From NCBI GenBank assembly GCA_950097015.1, contig CATNEN010000039.1, positions 930,001-994,000 of the forward strand: DNA of 64,000 nucleotides, read 5' to 3'. Source of the stretch: Macrostomum hystrix. Its lineage: Eukaryota > Animalia > Platyhelminthes. The stretch's first letter is position 1. Every line of letters begins with the position of its first letter. The notes under the pieces were generated by a model, which worked only from the letters and a program-made list of their open reading frames with translations, had not been told where the DNA came from and searched no databases. Of this stretch, positions 9,641-20,277 are shown in pieces. The position numbers and the translations under genes are program-made.

Positions 9641-10298
9641 CAGCCAGTCCATCATCAGCCAGCCCATCATCAGCCAGTCCATCAGCCAGTCCATCATCAG
9701 CCAGCCCATCATCAGCCAGCCCATCATCAGCCAGCCCATCATCAGCCAGTCCATCAGCAGCCAGTCCATCATCAGCCAGTCCATCAGCAGCCAGCCCATC
9801 ATCAGCCAGTCCATAATCAGCCAGCCCATCATCAGCCAGCCCATCATCAGCCAGCCCATCATCAGCCAGTCCATAATCAGCCAGCCCATCATCAGCCAGC
9901 CCATCATCAGCCAGTCCATCAGCAGCCAGTCCATCAGCCAGCCCATCATCAGCCAGCCCATCATCAGCCAGTCCATCATCAGCCAGTCCATAATCAGCCA
10001 GCCCATCATCAGCCAGCCCATCATCAGCCAGCCCATCAGCCAGCCCATCATCAGCCAGTCCATAATCAGCCAGCCCATCATCAGCCAGCCCATCATCAGC
10101 CAGCCCATCAGCCAGCCCATCATCAGCCAGCCCATCATCAGCCAGTCCATCAGCAGCCAGTCCATCAGCCAGCCCATCATCAGCCAGCCCATCATCAGCC
10201 AGTCCATAATCAGCCAGCCCATCATCAGCCAGTCCATCAGCAGCCAGTCCATCAGCCAGCCCATCATCAGCCAGCCCATCAGCCAGCCCATCAGCCAG
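9641..10298. repeat. 12/15-bp minisatellite (CAGCCAGYCCATCAT)n
   Basis: Directly visible tandem array with CAT/AAT/CAG variants. Confidence 0.97.
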
Positions 10299-10422
10299 AA
10301 TTATCGCAGAATTCGCAGAATTATCGCCGCTTACTTTTCTTGGTCTTGCGGACTTCTCATTTGAAGTCGGCCTCCATGCAGCACGGAAGACTTCCATGCC
10401 ATCTGGAATCCGGATTTCATGG

Positions 10423-10652
10423 CACGGCGATGCCGGGTTTTCGCCCTACGTCTGAGCTTCCCCAGGTCCGGGTTCCACCACGGCGATGCCGGGTTTTGGC
10501 CCCACATCTGAGCTTCCCCAGGTCCGGGTTCCACCACGGCGATGCCGGGTTTTGGCCCCACGTCTAAGCTTCCCCAGGTCCGGGTTCCACCACGGCGATG
10601 CCGGGTTTTGGCCCCACGTCTAAGCTTCCCCAGGTCCGGGTTCCACCACGGC
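10423..10652. repeat. 56-bp tandem repeat, ~4 copies
   Basis: Unit starts (cacggc) at 10423, 10479, 10535, 10591 and 10647. Confidence 0.95.
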
Positions 10653-11070
10653 AATGTGTATAGGCCTTTGTATATGTTGATATATGTTGACAATGTTGAT
10701 TCGACAAATTAAACAGAAATCCTTGTCTATATAGGTGTATAGGTTCTTTTCGATAACAATAGCTTTTTACCGTACACCAGTACATGTCCGAGTCTGAGTG
10801 GATTTCCCGGTTCGACATGGTGCTGGGCAACCAGATCGGTGAAAGCGGTACCTGATCCTTCAAAGACACTCCTTGGGTCGCCACGGGAACAAGCCGGGAC
10901 CTGCCACCAAAAGCCTCCTAGATCAGTTGGAAATGAATTCCCCAGGAGGTCCCGTCGTCAGATTCAAAGGGTGTCGGTATAGCTTGCATTGTGCTGCATC
11001 AGATCGCCAGCGATAATTGGGTGGCAGAATTGGCAAATGTTTGACAATCTAATTGATGTCACCTTTCGAC

Positions 11071-11320
11071 GTCATCAAATCTGCTAATCAAACAGTTTCC
11101 AGTCATCAAATCTGCTAATCAAACAGTTTCCAGTCATCAAATCTGCTAATCAAACAGTTTCCAGTCATCAAATCTGCTAATCAAACAGTTTCCAGTCATC
11201 AAATCTGCTAATCAAACAGTTTCCAGTCATCAAATCTGCTAATCAAACAGTTTCCAGTCATCAAATCTGCTAATCAAACAGTTTCCAGTCATCAAATCTG
11301 CTAATCAAACAATTTCCAGT
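11071..11320. repeat. 31-bp tandem repeat, 8 copies
   Basis: (gtcatcaaatctgctaatcaaacagtttcca)8, nearly perfect. Confidence 0.97.
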
Positions 11321-11873
11321 GGCAGTCAAAGTTGCTGCCAGGAGCTCACTGGTTCAAACTGAGCAATTAAAAAATGGCGGAAAAATCTTATATACTAGTT
11401 GAGTACTCAGTAAATTAGATTATTTATAAAACTATATTGTGAAAATCTATTTGCTGACGCAAGTGTTTACACAGCTCTAAACATCCAGCTATTATCGAAA
11501 AGCAAACGCACATTTATGGCAAAAACAAGCCGAGCCTTGAAAAACAGCTTGACTAGGCCAGCGACAATTATAATCACGAAAAATAAGACAGTTTGAGAAA
11601 AAATGCGCCACACACTTGTGAGCTTGTGTGGCGTTTGAAACACTTGCAGAAGCTACGAAATCACTGCTTTGATTGCTATGCGCAGACAAAAGAAATATGA
11701 GAAATTCGAGCTGCAGTCAATATTTGATATGCAAATTTAAAATTATATAAGATTATCTGATTTGCATCAGAACATATTCAAAACTGTAGTTAGAATGTGT
11801 TTCCTCACAGGCTGGTGAGCCAGTGAATGAAGCCGACATTGCTAGGCTGCACAGGCGCGTGAAAGAATTCCAT

Positions 11874-13199
11874 TCATACGAGCTCCCCCGTGCGGCGCAG
11901 CAGGGTCACCTGGTCCTGGATCTGTCCGGCCAGCACGCGGGACAGGAAGATGGCCGTCAGCTGGACGATCGACACGGCGATTGCGACGCCGGCCACCGGG
12001 ATGACATTGTTCTCGACGTACTTTCGCGTGGCCTCAACGCAGCCGACGGTCCAGATGCGCGACTCGGGCTGCTCCGTGCCGCGCGGATCGGTCACGTGAT
12101 AGCCGCACATGGTGTTGATCACGCGATCGTCGATGTCGTTCATCTTCCGGCAGCAGGAGAAGGGCACGCCGCAGCGCTCAGGGCTGGTGTTGTTGGGCGT
12201 ACAGGCAAAATACTTGTTGTCGTTCCAGTCGCGGTAGGAGGCGGCGCCGCAGCAGGCGAGGTTCTTGTGGTACCAATCGATGAAGTTCTGCGTGTCCTCA
12301 TAGCGCTCCTCCCGATACATGGTAATCATGTTGGTCTTGAGCACGCTCTCAACATACTCGATGGCCCGGTCCTTCAGCACAAACACCGCTATAGCGGCGG
12401 TGCATTCGATCAAGAAGATGACGAACAGAGACAGGGCGAAGAACTTCAACAGGCAGGCGTTGTCGCGGAGGGAGCCGAGACAGCCGGCGAAGGTCAAGAG
12501 GAAGACAAGGGCGCCGAAGGCAATGAAGACGAGGGTGGCGTCGAAGATGACGCTGAAAATGTCCTGCAGAGGTGGGTGAGTGGCAGGGGGTCAACACGTT
12601 TGCAGGGGGCCATTGAGTTCAAATCCGCAGCGAGACCGAATTTATTTGGGCTCAGCCACACAGAGAAGGCTTGTAGTGCAATTTACACCCATTGCAGGGA
12701 CCAAAGGACAAAGGTGGTGGAACTCCAGCCACCGTCCAACACGGCTGACAGTCAGCACTATTCTACCAGACTACCAGAATAATACGAGGATAAGATATTC
12801 ATATTAAACAATACAACTGTGACAAATGGACCGGGGTATTTCCAGCTTTGAATTCGCGATTTTGAATGAGCCAATAAGCACGCTGCCCACCTTGACACCC
12901 CCGGTCGCGGAACCAAACGCCTCGCGCTTCATAAAGGTGGCTGCAACGCCAATGCCCAGCATGAGACTGCCGGCCAGCCAGAAGATAAAGTTGAACAAGA
13001 ACAGCGCGTACTTGATGCACGGATTGACGAAGTTGGTTCGCCGACCGGCGCGAACGAGGCAGCGCGTGGATGGCTGATACTGGCGTCTGGGCTTGTCACT
13101 ATGGTTGCCATGGCAACTAGGCTTGCCCTGCGGCGCGCGATAGCGATGGCTGGGCTGGAGATGAATATGTCTATGTAAATTTATTTCTGACATTGTCAT
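11874..13199 (-). CDS. Tetraspanin of the TspanC8 subfamily (Tspan5/14/17/33-like); exons ~13199-12891 and 12563-11874; start uncertain
   Basis: CIKYALFLFNFIFW TM1; FAGCLGSLRDN; CCG; ERCGVPFSCC; NTMCG; GC (8 Cys in EC2). In-frame GT-AG intron 12890-12564. Confidence 0.92.
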
Positions 13200-13450
13200 A
13201 ATTTTACTGCTATCAAAAAACATTTGAAAAGGCTTTCGTTTGGCCTACTGAAGTTTATGTTACCAGTGCTGTGGACTTTGTGGATCCATGAAAACCAACT
13301 TTAAAATTATATATTTTTATATTATTTAAAGCATAAAGTATGATTGCTAAGAGCTATGAGTAAAATTTAAGAAGAAAAATGATTTTAGATTATTAGCAAG
13401 TAGTCTAAATTTTCATATGTTAACTTTAAGAATGTGATCAGAAGCTTATA

Positions 13451-13730
13451 TTAGTGCTCAGGGTATCGAACTTAAGAGTTGGAGGTCGAGGGCTCGATTC
13501 CCGACTCCACTGGAAAAATATGTGTCCATTAGCAAGACACTTCAGTCGGTATTGCTTCAGTTCACCCAGTGTTCACCCAGTGTTAAATGAGTGCCCACAT
13601 TAGCTGGGTAATTGAGGGTGGGTGCGGCATCCCCACTGCCTAAGGGCTGAACAGCCTTTAAATGTGTCATGCACAACGCAGTTGCAGCTGTGCTGCCAGA
13701 TACAGACAATAAATACTCTATAAGATAACA
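13451..13730 (+). mobile_element. Degenerate tRNA-derived SINE
   Basis: B-box-like GGCTCGATTCCC at 13491, then the CORE-like TGTGTCCATTAGCAAGACACTT and a CACCCAG..TAAATGAGT segment typical of invertebrate SINE central domains. Confidence 0.55.
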
Positions 13731-13784
13731 GCATAAACCCTGAAGTCTGAAGCTAGGCCTATAAATAAGCCCAACATAATCAAC

Positions 13785-14234
13785 TGAAATTCCAAAACTA
13801 CATAAACTGTTACTAAGCAGCTCATGGCCAAAAAGTATTGAGTAAAAAACTAGCTATTTTAAATAACTAGAGATTTTATATTATTCGGACCTCAGTAATT
13901 GTCAGTGGAAACAATTGAACAGCAACTGCTTAGCATAACCATGAGCACTTAGTAATAAAATTATTATTATTATTCTGCAAAGTTAGAACTTACTCAATGA
14001 AATATCAACTTGCCAGTTGCTAGGCCTAGGCATAATATTAATAAACAGTTAGCTTAAGAGAAATGTATATATTATACCTTTTTACGTTCTATTTAAAAAA
14101 AACTGCAACCAATTTGGCCATGGCTCAGCCTGATGCAGCCGCAGCAATTTTCCATAGACAGCCGCTGCTAGCAGCAAACAATTTAGTATAACCACGAGCT
14201 GCTTAGTAACAGTTTATGTAGTTTTGGAATTTCA
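13785..14234. mobile_element. MITE/foldback element with 43-bp terminal inverted repeats
   Basis: 13785-13827 is the reverse complement of 14192-14234 with 1 mismatch. Possible 2-bp AC duplication. Confidence 0.7.
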
Positions 14235-15491
14235 ACAACAACAATTATACAATAATTTATTATACTTATCCATCTTGTTTATAAGTATAGACATAAACAT
14301 TAATATTAACATATGAAGCTGTCATTTGCACAGGGAATACGCAAATAACAAAATGGTTATTAATATAATGATATCAATGAACAAAAATGTTTTCTACATT
14401 AGGGCCCATTGCTGGATCTTTTGTTGTCCTGCTAAGCCTAACTGTTTTTGTTGTGTGACATACATTTTTTAGTATTTGACTTCACATTTTATGCATAGGA
14501 TATTTTCCTTTGTTTGAATAATTATTGCATGCAGAATATGTCACTAAGAAAGCAAATCACTAGTCAGTCGACTTTCAAACTCTGAGCTGAGACGCGGCTG
14601 CATGGTGACATGGAAGTATGAGACTGTTGATTAATTAAACTACAATCCCCATAGCTCGAATTAAAAAAATGCAACAAGTAAATTTCAACAACAAATATGA
14701 GACATCAACATCGCTCCGCATTTTATTATGCACAGTGTATGAATAGCCATGTTATTATTTTTACGGACGTATGGTCACCATATGAATAACCATTCTGTTA
14801 TTTGTATGGTCACAAATTTGTAAGAGCTTTGCAGCACAAATGTATCTAAAAAGTATTTCAATTATAAAGAACAGAAGCTGACTATCTAGTAATTACAAGC
14901 AATAATATTTAAATTAAAAAAACAATAATACAGTATATACAATCAATTCAAAAGCCGAAAACAAATTAATAAATTAATTTTTTCTTTCTCAGAAACTTAT
15001 ATTTGTCATTCAAATAAAAAGATAACGAAAACACAAAAAAATTAAAGTATTCATCCGAATAAGCAATCATACAGAAATTATAAAAAAAACACTAGATCAA
15101 TATTATAACGGCAAAATAGTCTATTAAGCTAGCAAAATGATCAAGGTTTTGTTATTAATAAAAAAGGTAACACCGGAATAATAAGACTGCCACAAGAATT
15201 CCATCACTATTGCCAAAATTTCTATGTGGCCTGATCCTATCTTACCTCTGAGATGAAAACTACGGACGAACAGTTGCTCATTCGTGCCGTCCAAGGTTAT
15301 AAATCCAAGGATAATATAATTTTTGGCCAAATTGAATACCTAAACTCATGGATTTAGTCGAACCATTCACTTAAGTAATATCCATATTGGCTACAAACAC
15401 ACACGAAGGGCAAATGTATCATGGTCGACAGCGGGCCACGCTAATCCACTGAGTAATGGTAAAGTCACATGGGAACTCACGATATATAATA

Positions 15492-16341
15492 TAGCTTTTT
15501 GCAAATGAATTCAGCCTATCTGCAAAAGCTTTCAGCCAGCCAGTGCCAGCCCATTGAATAGAAGGTAAGGATGTTCATCCAACATCCATGTGGCATATTC
15601 GAGCCTGGCTTCCTTCGTCACAGGCTCATTCCAGTTGAAAGTTGCCTGTTGTCCAACCTTCAGTGTCAAGAGTTCGCCATCCAGAGCTCGACTTAGCGTT
15701 GACACATGGGGGACAGGGTTTGCGTCTCCGAGTTGCAACAGGTGAGTCCGCATCTGTCCCAGAGTTGCCGTGGGATTTGTCTCCAGAAGTTGCCTGACAG
15801 ACTCCATCTGATGTGGTAGCATCACCTTTGGCCGTCAACCAGCTGCAGGTAGCTTTGCCACGCGCCCTTCCCGATTGTACACGGAGATGACAGTCCTAGC
15901 CGTTTTTCGTTTCACTCCAAGGACATCAGCCAGTCCGACCCAATCGCGTCCCTCTTCGTACGCTGATACCAACCTGGTCCTGTCTTCGTTTGACACGGGA
16001 TTGTAGGCACCACGAATCATGTTATAAACTCTATTGATGAACTCTATTCATGGAGTTTGGATGAAAGTTTTTGCGGCTTTGTGGGTAGCAGAAGCAAGTT
16101 GTCTATGGCAGAAAGCACCCTACGTAACTTTTCTCACTGGAGTTCTATGGGGGGACTGCCACTGCGACAAACAACGTTAAGTTGACTGGCTGAAAGGTTT
16201 TGCGGATAGGCTGAATTGATTTGCAAAAAGTTCTGCGGGATGAGCCAGTTGTCTATGGGGAATTCTGGCTTCCACTCAATGGGCTGGCCCTGGCTGGCTG
16301 AATGGTTTTGCAGATAGGCTGAATTCATTTGCAAAAAGCTA
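15492..16341 (-). mobile_element. Non-autonomous IS630/Tc1/mariner-type DNA transposon
   Basis: ~70-bp imperfect TIRs (TAGCTTTTTGCAAATGAATTCAGCC...), TA on both flanks, and an inner direct repeat of the TIR at ~16185-16232. Confidence 0.85.
15532..16020 (-). pseudogene. Truncated transposase: N-terminal HTH domains only, in-frame TGA at 15837-15835, DDE domain deleted
   Basis: ORFs 16020-15835 and 15825-15532 are in the same frame. LADVLGVKRKTARTVI HTH and NPTATL...VSTLSRAL second HTH. Confidence 0.75.
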
Positions 16342-16592
16342 TATATCAAAACAGCATGAAAAAATAATAAAATGCTCATAAAGGCCAAAGACAAAAGGGA
16401 TGAGTAATAAATTTAATTCTTTCTTAGCTATTTTAATTTAACGTAATTTTAATTTAATTTAATTAAACTATTTCTAGTACGTTGCTTGTAATAACAGCCT
16501 GTAGCGCCAGAGCCATCTGCATGAAGTGCGGCCTGGAGAGAAAAATCCAGTGTCATGTGTGCCGCACGAACTTTACACACCTTTACACATAA

Positions 16593-19500
16593 CTTATATT
16601 TGCATGGCCTTTGGCCTGCAAATCGGTTGCCTCCGTCCGGCAGTGTAACGGCCACGGGTCAACGGGTGTCGCCGGCCTTTTGGCAAGTGCGGCAGCTAAT
16701 ATGGCGACCCACCGCGGTCGGCGCAATCCTGGAGCTTCCGAGCGTCGACGGCGCAGATACAACGCTAGGCGCAAGGAGCTTCGATTCCTCGCTCGTCGAG
16801 CTCGCCAAGACCGCAAGGCCTCGCGGCATCCCCAGCCGGAGGTCAGGGCCAGGTCAACTCGATCCTACCAGGCCCATAATCGGAATTCACGCAATCGCGA
16901 TTTAAGTGAAAGAGCACCAAGGAGTAGCACTCAATTCGCCTCTGCCACCAGGGCTCCTCAAAAAGATGGTGGCCGCATGCCTAAGCGCATGCGCCTCGGC
17001 ACCTTCAACGCCAGAACGCTGAAAGACTCCTGGAGGGTCGCCGAACTCTGCGCACTCGCGACGGCGCTCAGCATCGCAGTTCTCGCTGTGCAGGAGCACC
17101 GCCGAGTCAACATCGAGGAAACTGATGTCGGAGCAGGATGGCAGTTCAGGGCCTCTCCAGCCAACCGCCATGGAGGAGGGGGAATCGGTTTCCTCCTGTC
17201 TCCCGCTGCTGTCACCGCCCTTCTCGATATCAGCTTTATCAACGACCGCATAGGCCGCGCGACCTTTGCCTTGAAAGACCGCCGGCTGAACATTATCTGC
17301 GTTTACGCACCGACCAGTCCGCAAACGAGCGAAGACAGCGAGGCCACCGCCGAACTCTATAGAACTCTGAGACAGATCTGCAGCTCTCTACCCGCCCGCG
17401 ACGCTCTCCTTATCATGGGAGATTTCAACGCTCCCCTCGCGGTCGATGGTGAGCTGGTCAAGAACCGATGTGGAAATCCAAACGCCAATTCTCCATTTCT
17501 TACTGACTTCATCTCCTCGGAGGAGCTGATCCCTCTTAACGGTTATTTTAGGCAGCGCGCTACTAAACTGCCCACTTTTTATGGTACCAACGGGCGTGTC
17601 ACCCGCCTTGACTGGCTGCTCTGCCCGAAGAACAAGAAGCACATGGTCAGGAAGGTGATCAACTTTCGGCCCAAATGTATTCCGTCTGACCACTCTTTGG
17701 TTGCCTGCGACGTCGACATCCGTTGGTACACCTACAAAAAGCAGCCCCCCTTTCCTCTCTGGGCCGACCTCCGCAACCCCGCCACAAGGACAAATTTCAT
17801 TCAAAGCTTTATGAACTCCGACCCACGCCCTGATGAATCCGCTGACGCCTTTGCCACCGCCGTCGCTTCTGCCGCCGCGACGCTGCCGAAGCGCTCCCCT
17901 CATCGGCCAAAGGCGCTTTGGGACTCCGATCCTCACGTGGAGCTGGCGAGGAGGAGGCTGCAAAAGGACGTCGCCCGTTTCGGACAGGACAGCCCTGCTG
18001 CCGACAACGCGCGTGACAATCTCACCCGCACCTACTCGGATCGCACGAGACTTTTCGTTGAGGAGGCTGTCTCGGAAATCAGGGATGCAGTTGACAACTG
18101 CAGACACAGAGCTGCTTGGAGAGCCATAAACAACCTGACCGGCCGGAAACCAAGGCAGTGCACTGTTGTTGGCGCCGACTCGGTCGAGGACAGAAAGGCT
18201 AAGCTTGTAGAGCACTATCGGCGTGTTCTCAACGCACCTGTCCCAACTGCGGTGCTTCTCCCTGTCCCTGGCTTCACCCCTGCTCGCAGCGAGGATTTCA
18301 ATATCGGTCCTATCACGCCCTCCGAGGTTCGCAACACGCTTAAAAGCATGAAGCCTGATGCTGCGCCTGGTGTCGATGGGGTCCCTCCCAGGGTCCTCAG
18401 ACTTCCAGAGCTTACTTCGGTAATCACCACGCTCCTCAACAAATATTCCGTTCTTGGAGGCGACGCCGGCGCCAAGGCTCCCTGCATCTGGCGCACCTCT
18501 AAGATTGTCTCAATTCCAAAGAAGGGCCTGTCCACCTGCCTGGACAACCAGAGGGGCATCGCTCTGGAGTGTACCCTGCCAAAACTCCTCAATTCGATCC
18601 TGAGGAACAGACTGCTGCCGATCATCAACCCGCTTCTGCTGGGCGCTCAGAGTGGATTCCGCCCTGGCAGATCTACTGTTGAGCAAATAGCCACCGTCCG
18701 CTGCATCATCGAGTCCTGCATAACGCGGCAAAAGTCGGTGACCATCGTGTTCGTCGACTTTCGCAAAGCCTTTGACTCGGTCAGTCGAGCTGCCATCGAG
18801 TGGCTCCTCTCTTACTACGGTGTTCCACCAACTCTAGTGACGGCAATCATGGACCTCTACTCCGACACCCGCGCTTTTGTCGAGATGAGAAAGGATGTCA
18901 CCGAGACCTTCACTACCAGCTCCGGCGTTCTCCAAGGAGATACCCTAGCCCCTTTCATATTCATCATTATCATTGATTATGTCCTTCGCCGTTCCCTCTC
19001 TGAAGACGAAGCCTATGTTGTTGTCCGCCGCCGCAGCTCGCGTCACCCTGAGACCACGCTGGCTGCCCTCGCTTTTGCCGACGACATCGCCCTGGTGTGC
19101 AGAGACCCTTCGGCCGCTCAGTCAGCGCTCAACAGAATCTGCGAGGAAGGTGCCAGAGTCGGCCTCGAAGTGAACGCTCGCAAGACCGAGGTGCTCCACG
19201 TCGGCATCAGCGACCCGGCTCCTCTTACCCTTGCAAACGGTGACGAAATCTCTGTCTGCTCGGATTTTCGGTACCTCGGCTCGCTGGTGGTCTCTCCGGA
19301 GGACATCGTCGCCGATCGTCGTGCGCAAGCCTGGAGAGCTGCTCGACAGCTGAGCCCCATCTTCTGCTCGCCCGTGCCTGACCAACTCAAAATCCGGATT
19401 TTTCGTGCTGCCGTAGAGCCGATATTCCTTTATGGCTTGGAGGCTCTCCCAATCACGGAATCTCGCAAGCGGGCTCTCGACGCCACTTTCAGAGCCTTCC

Positions 19501-19863
19501 TGCGTTTCGCTCTGGACGTACGCTACCCCGAAAGGCTGTCGAACCGTGCGCTCGCTGCTCGCTCCTGCGTCCCGCCGGTGAGCTCCATACTCAGGGCGCG
19601 GAGACAGCAGCTTCTCGGCCACGTGTTACGCAGCTACGGACGCGGAGAAACCAACCCCCTTGCGATCGTTGTGCTAAATCCGCCAAGCGATCCTTTTCGA
19701 CGCGGACATGCGCGCACTGAAACTCTCTTAAAGACCTTCACTAATGACCTACAGGCCATCAACCTCACTCCGCTTGAGGCTACTTCCTGCCCCTCTGAGC
19801 TTTTTCGCGAGCGTGTGAGCGCTAAGGGTCTCTGACTCTTCAGCGTCTTAATAATAATAATAA
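16593..19863 (+). mobile_element. Full-length non-LTR retrotransposon (LINE), RTE-like
   Basis: Single EN-RT ORF, very short 3' UTR with (TAA)n tail at ~19848-19865, and a candidate TSD tacacataa at 16584-16592 and 19864-19872. Confidence 0.88.
16701..19835 (+). CDS. APE endonuclease-reverse transcriptase (1044 aa from first ATG)
   Basis: EN motifs GTFNARTL, VQEHR, YAPT, GDFNA, SDH. RT motifs QSGFRPGRS, FVDFRKAFDSV, GVLQGD, FADD, YLGS. RTE-type C-terminal LLGHVLR. Confidence 0.95.
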   Translation: MATHRGRRNPGASERRRRRYNARRKELRFLARRARQDRKASRHPQPEVRARSTRSYQAHNRNSRNRDLSERAPRSSTQFASATRAPQKDGGRMPKRMRLGTFNARTLKDSWRVAELCALATALSIAVLAVQEHRRVNIEETDVGAGWQFRASPANRHGGGGIGFLLSPAAVTALLDISFINDRIGRATFALKDRRLNIICVYAPTSPQTSEDSEATAELYRTLRQICSSLPARDALLIMGDFNAPLAVDGELVKNRCGNPNANSPFLTDFISSEELIPLNGYFRQRATKLPTFYGTNGRVTRLDWLLCPKNKKHMVRKVINFRPKCIPSDHSLVACDVDIRWYTYKKQPPFPLWADLRNPATRTNFIQSFMNSDPRPDESADAFATAVASAAATLPKRSPHRPKALWDSDPHVELARRRLQKDVARFGQDSPAADNARDNLTRTYSDRTRLFVEEAVSEIRDAVDNCRHRAAWRAINNLTGRKPRQCTVVGADSVEDRKAKLVEHYRRVLNAPVPTAVLLPVPGFTPARSEDFNIGPITPSEVRNTLKSMKPDAAPGVDGVPPRVLRLPELTSVITTLLNKYSVLGGDAGAKAPCIWRTSKIVSIPKKGLSTCLDNQRGIALECTLPKLLNSILRNRLLPIINPLLLGAQSGFRPGRSTVEQIATVRCIIESCITRQKSVTIVFVDFRKAFDSVSRAAIEWLLSYYGVPPTLVTAIMDLYSDTRAFVEMRKDVTETFTTSSGVLQGDTLAPFIFIIIIDYVLRRSLSEDEAYVVVRRRSSRHPETTLAALAFADDIALVCRDPSAAQSALNRICEEGARVGLEVNARKTEVLHVGISDPAPLTLANGDEISVCSDFRYLGSLVVSPEDIVADRRAQAWRAARQLSPIFCSPVPDQLKIRIFRAAVEPIFLYGLEALPITESRKRALDATFRAFLRFALDVRYPERLSNRALAARSCVPPVSSILRARRQQLLGHVLRSYGRGETNPLAIVVLNPPSDPFRRGHARTETLLKTFTNDLQAINLTPLEATSCPSELFRERVSAKGL

Positions 19864-20277
19864 TACACATAAAGCTGGTACTATATTCCTGATATTTATG
19901 AAGGACTCCTCACGAATTGACCGCTAAAAGTGCTGTCAAAAGCGATAAAACACCCACGAAACAAATAAAAGTTTAATTTAGCAAATAATAACTTGCATAA
20001 TGATCATAACAGTTTTTTATTGGTAACATTTGCTTTTGTATAATTCCTAATATGGTAAATAAATTGCCAGGAAAAAACGTTTAAAAAACTAATCACTACA
20101 GGAAGGAGTTTTTAATACAGAATCAGACAAAAGTAACAAATACTTCTATCACAACTATTTAGATAAAACACACAGGAATGATTGATTTTCTTCTGCATGG
20201 GGGTCTCTATGAGTAAGAATTGCGCCGCGCTAAATAGCCGCTTCTTCTGCAGAGCTCGCGCCCGTGGGACAGCTACC

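Noticed and set aside
9563-10567. His/Gln/Pro-rich 334-aa ORF and overlapping ORFs
   Set aside because: Several frames on both strands are open because the repeat units are multiples of 3; no unique coding context.
10660-10990. Possible gag-like relic on the minus strand (PFESDDGTSWGIHFQLI)
   Set aside because: Too short, contains a stop, and no further recognisable motifs.
11823-12782. 319-aa plus-strand ORF
   Set aside because: Antisense shadow of the GC3-rich tetraspanin exon.
13451-13510. tRNA gene
   Set aside because: Only a B-box-like motif, no cloverleaf, and followed by SINE body sequence.
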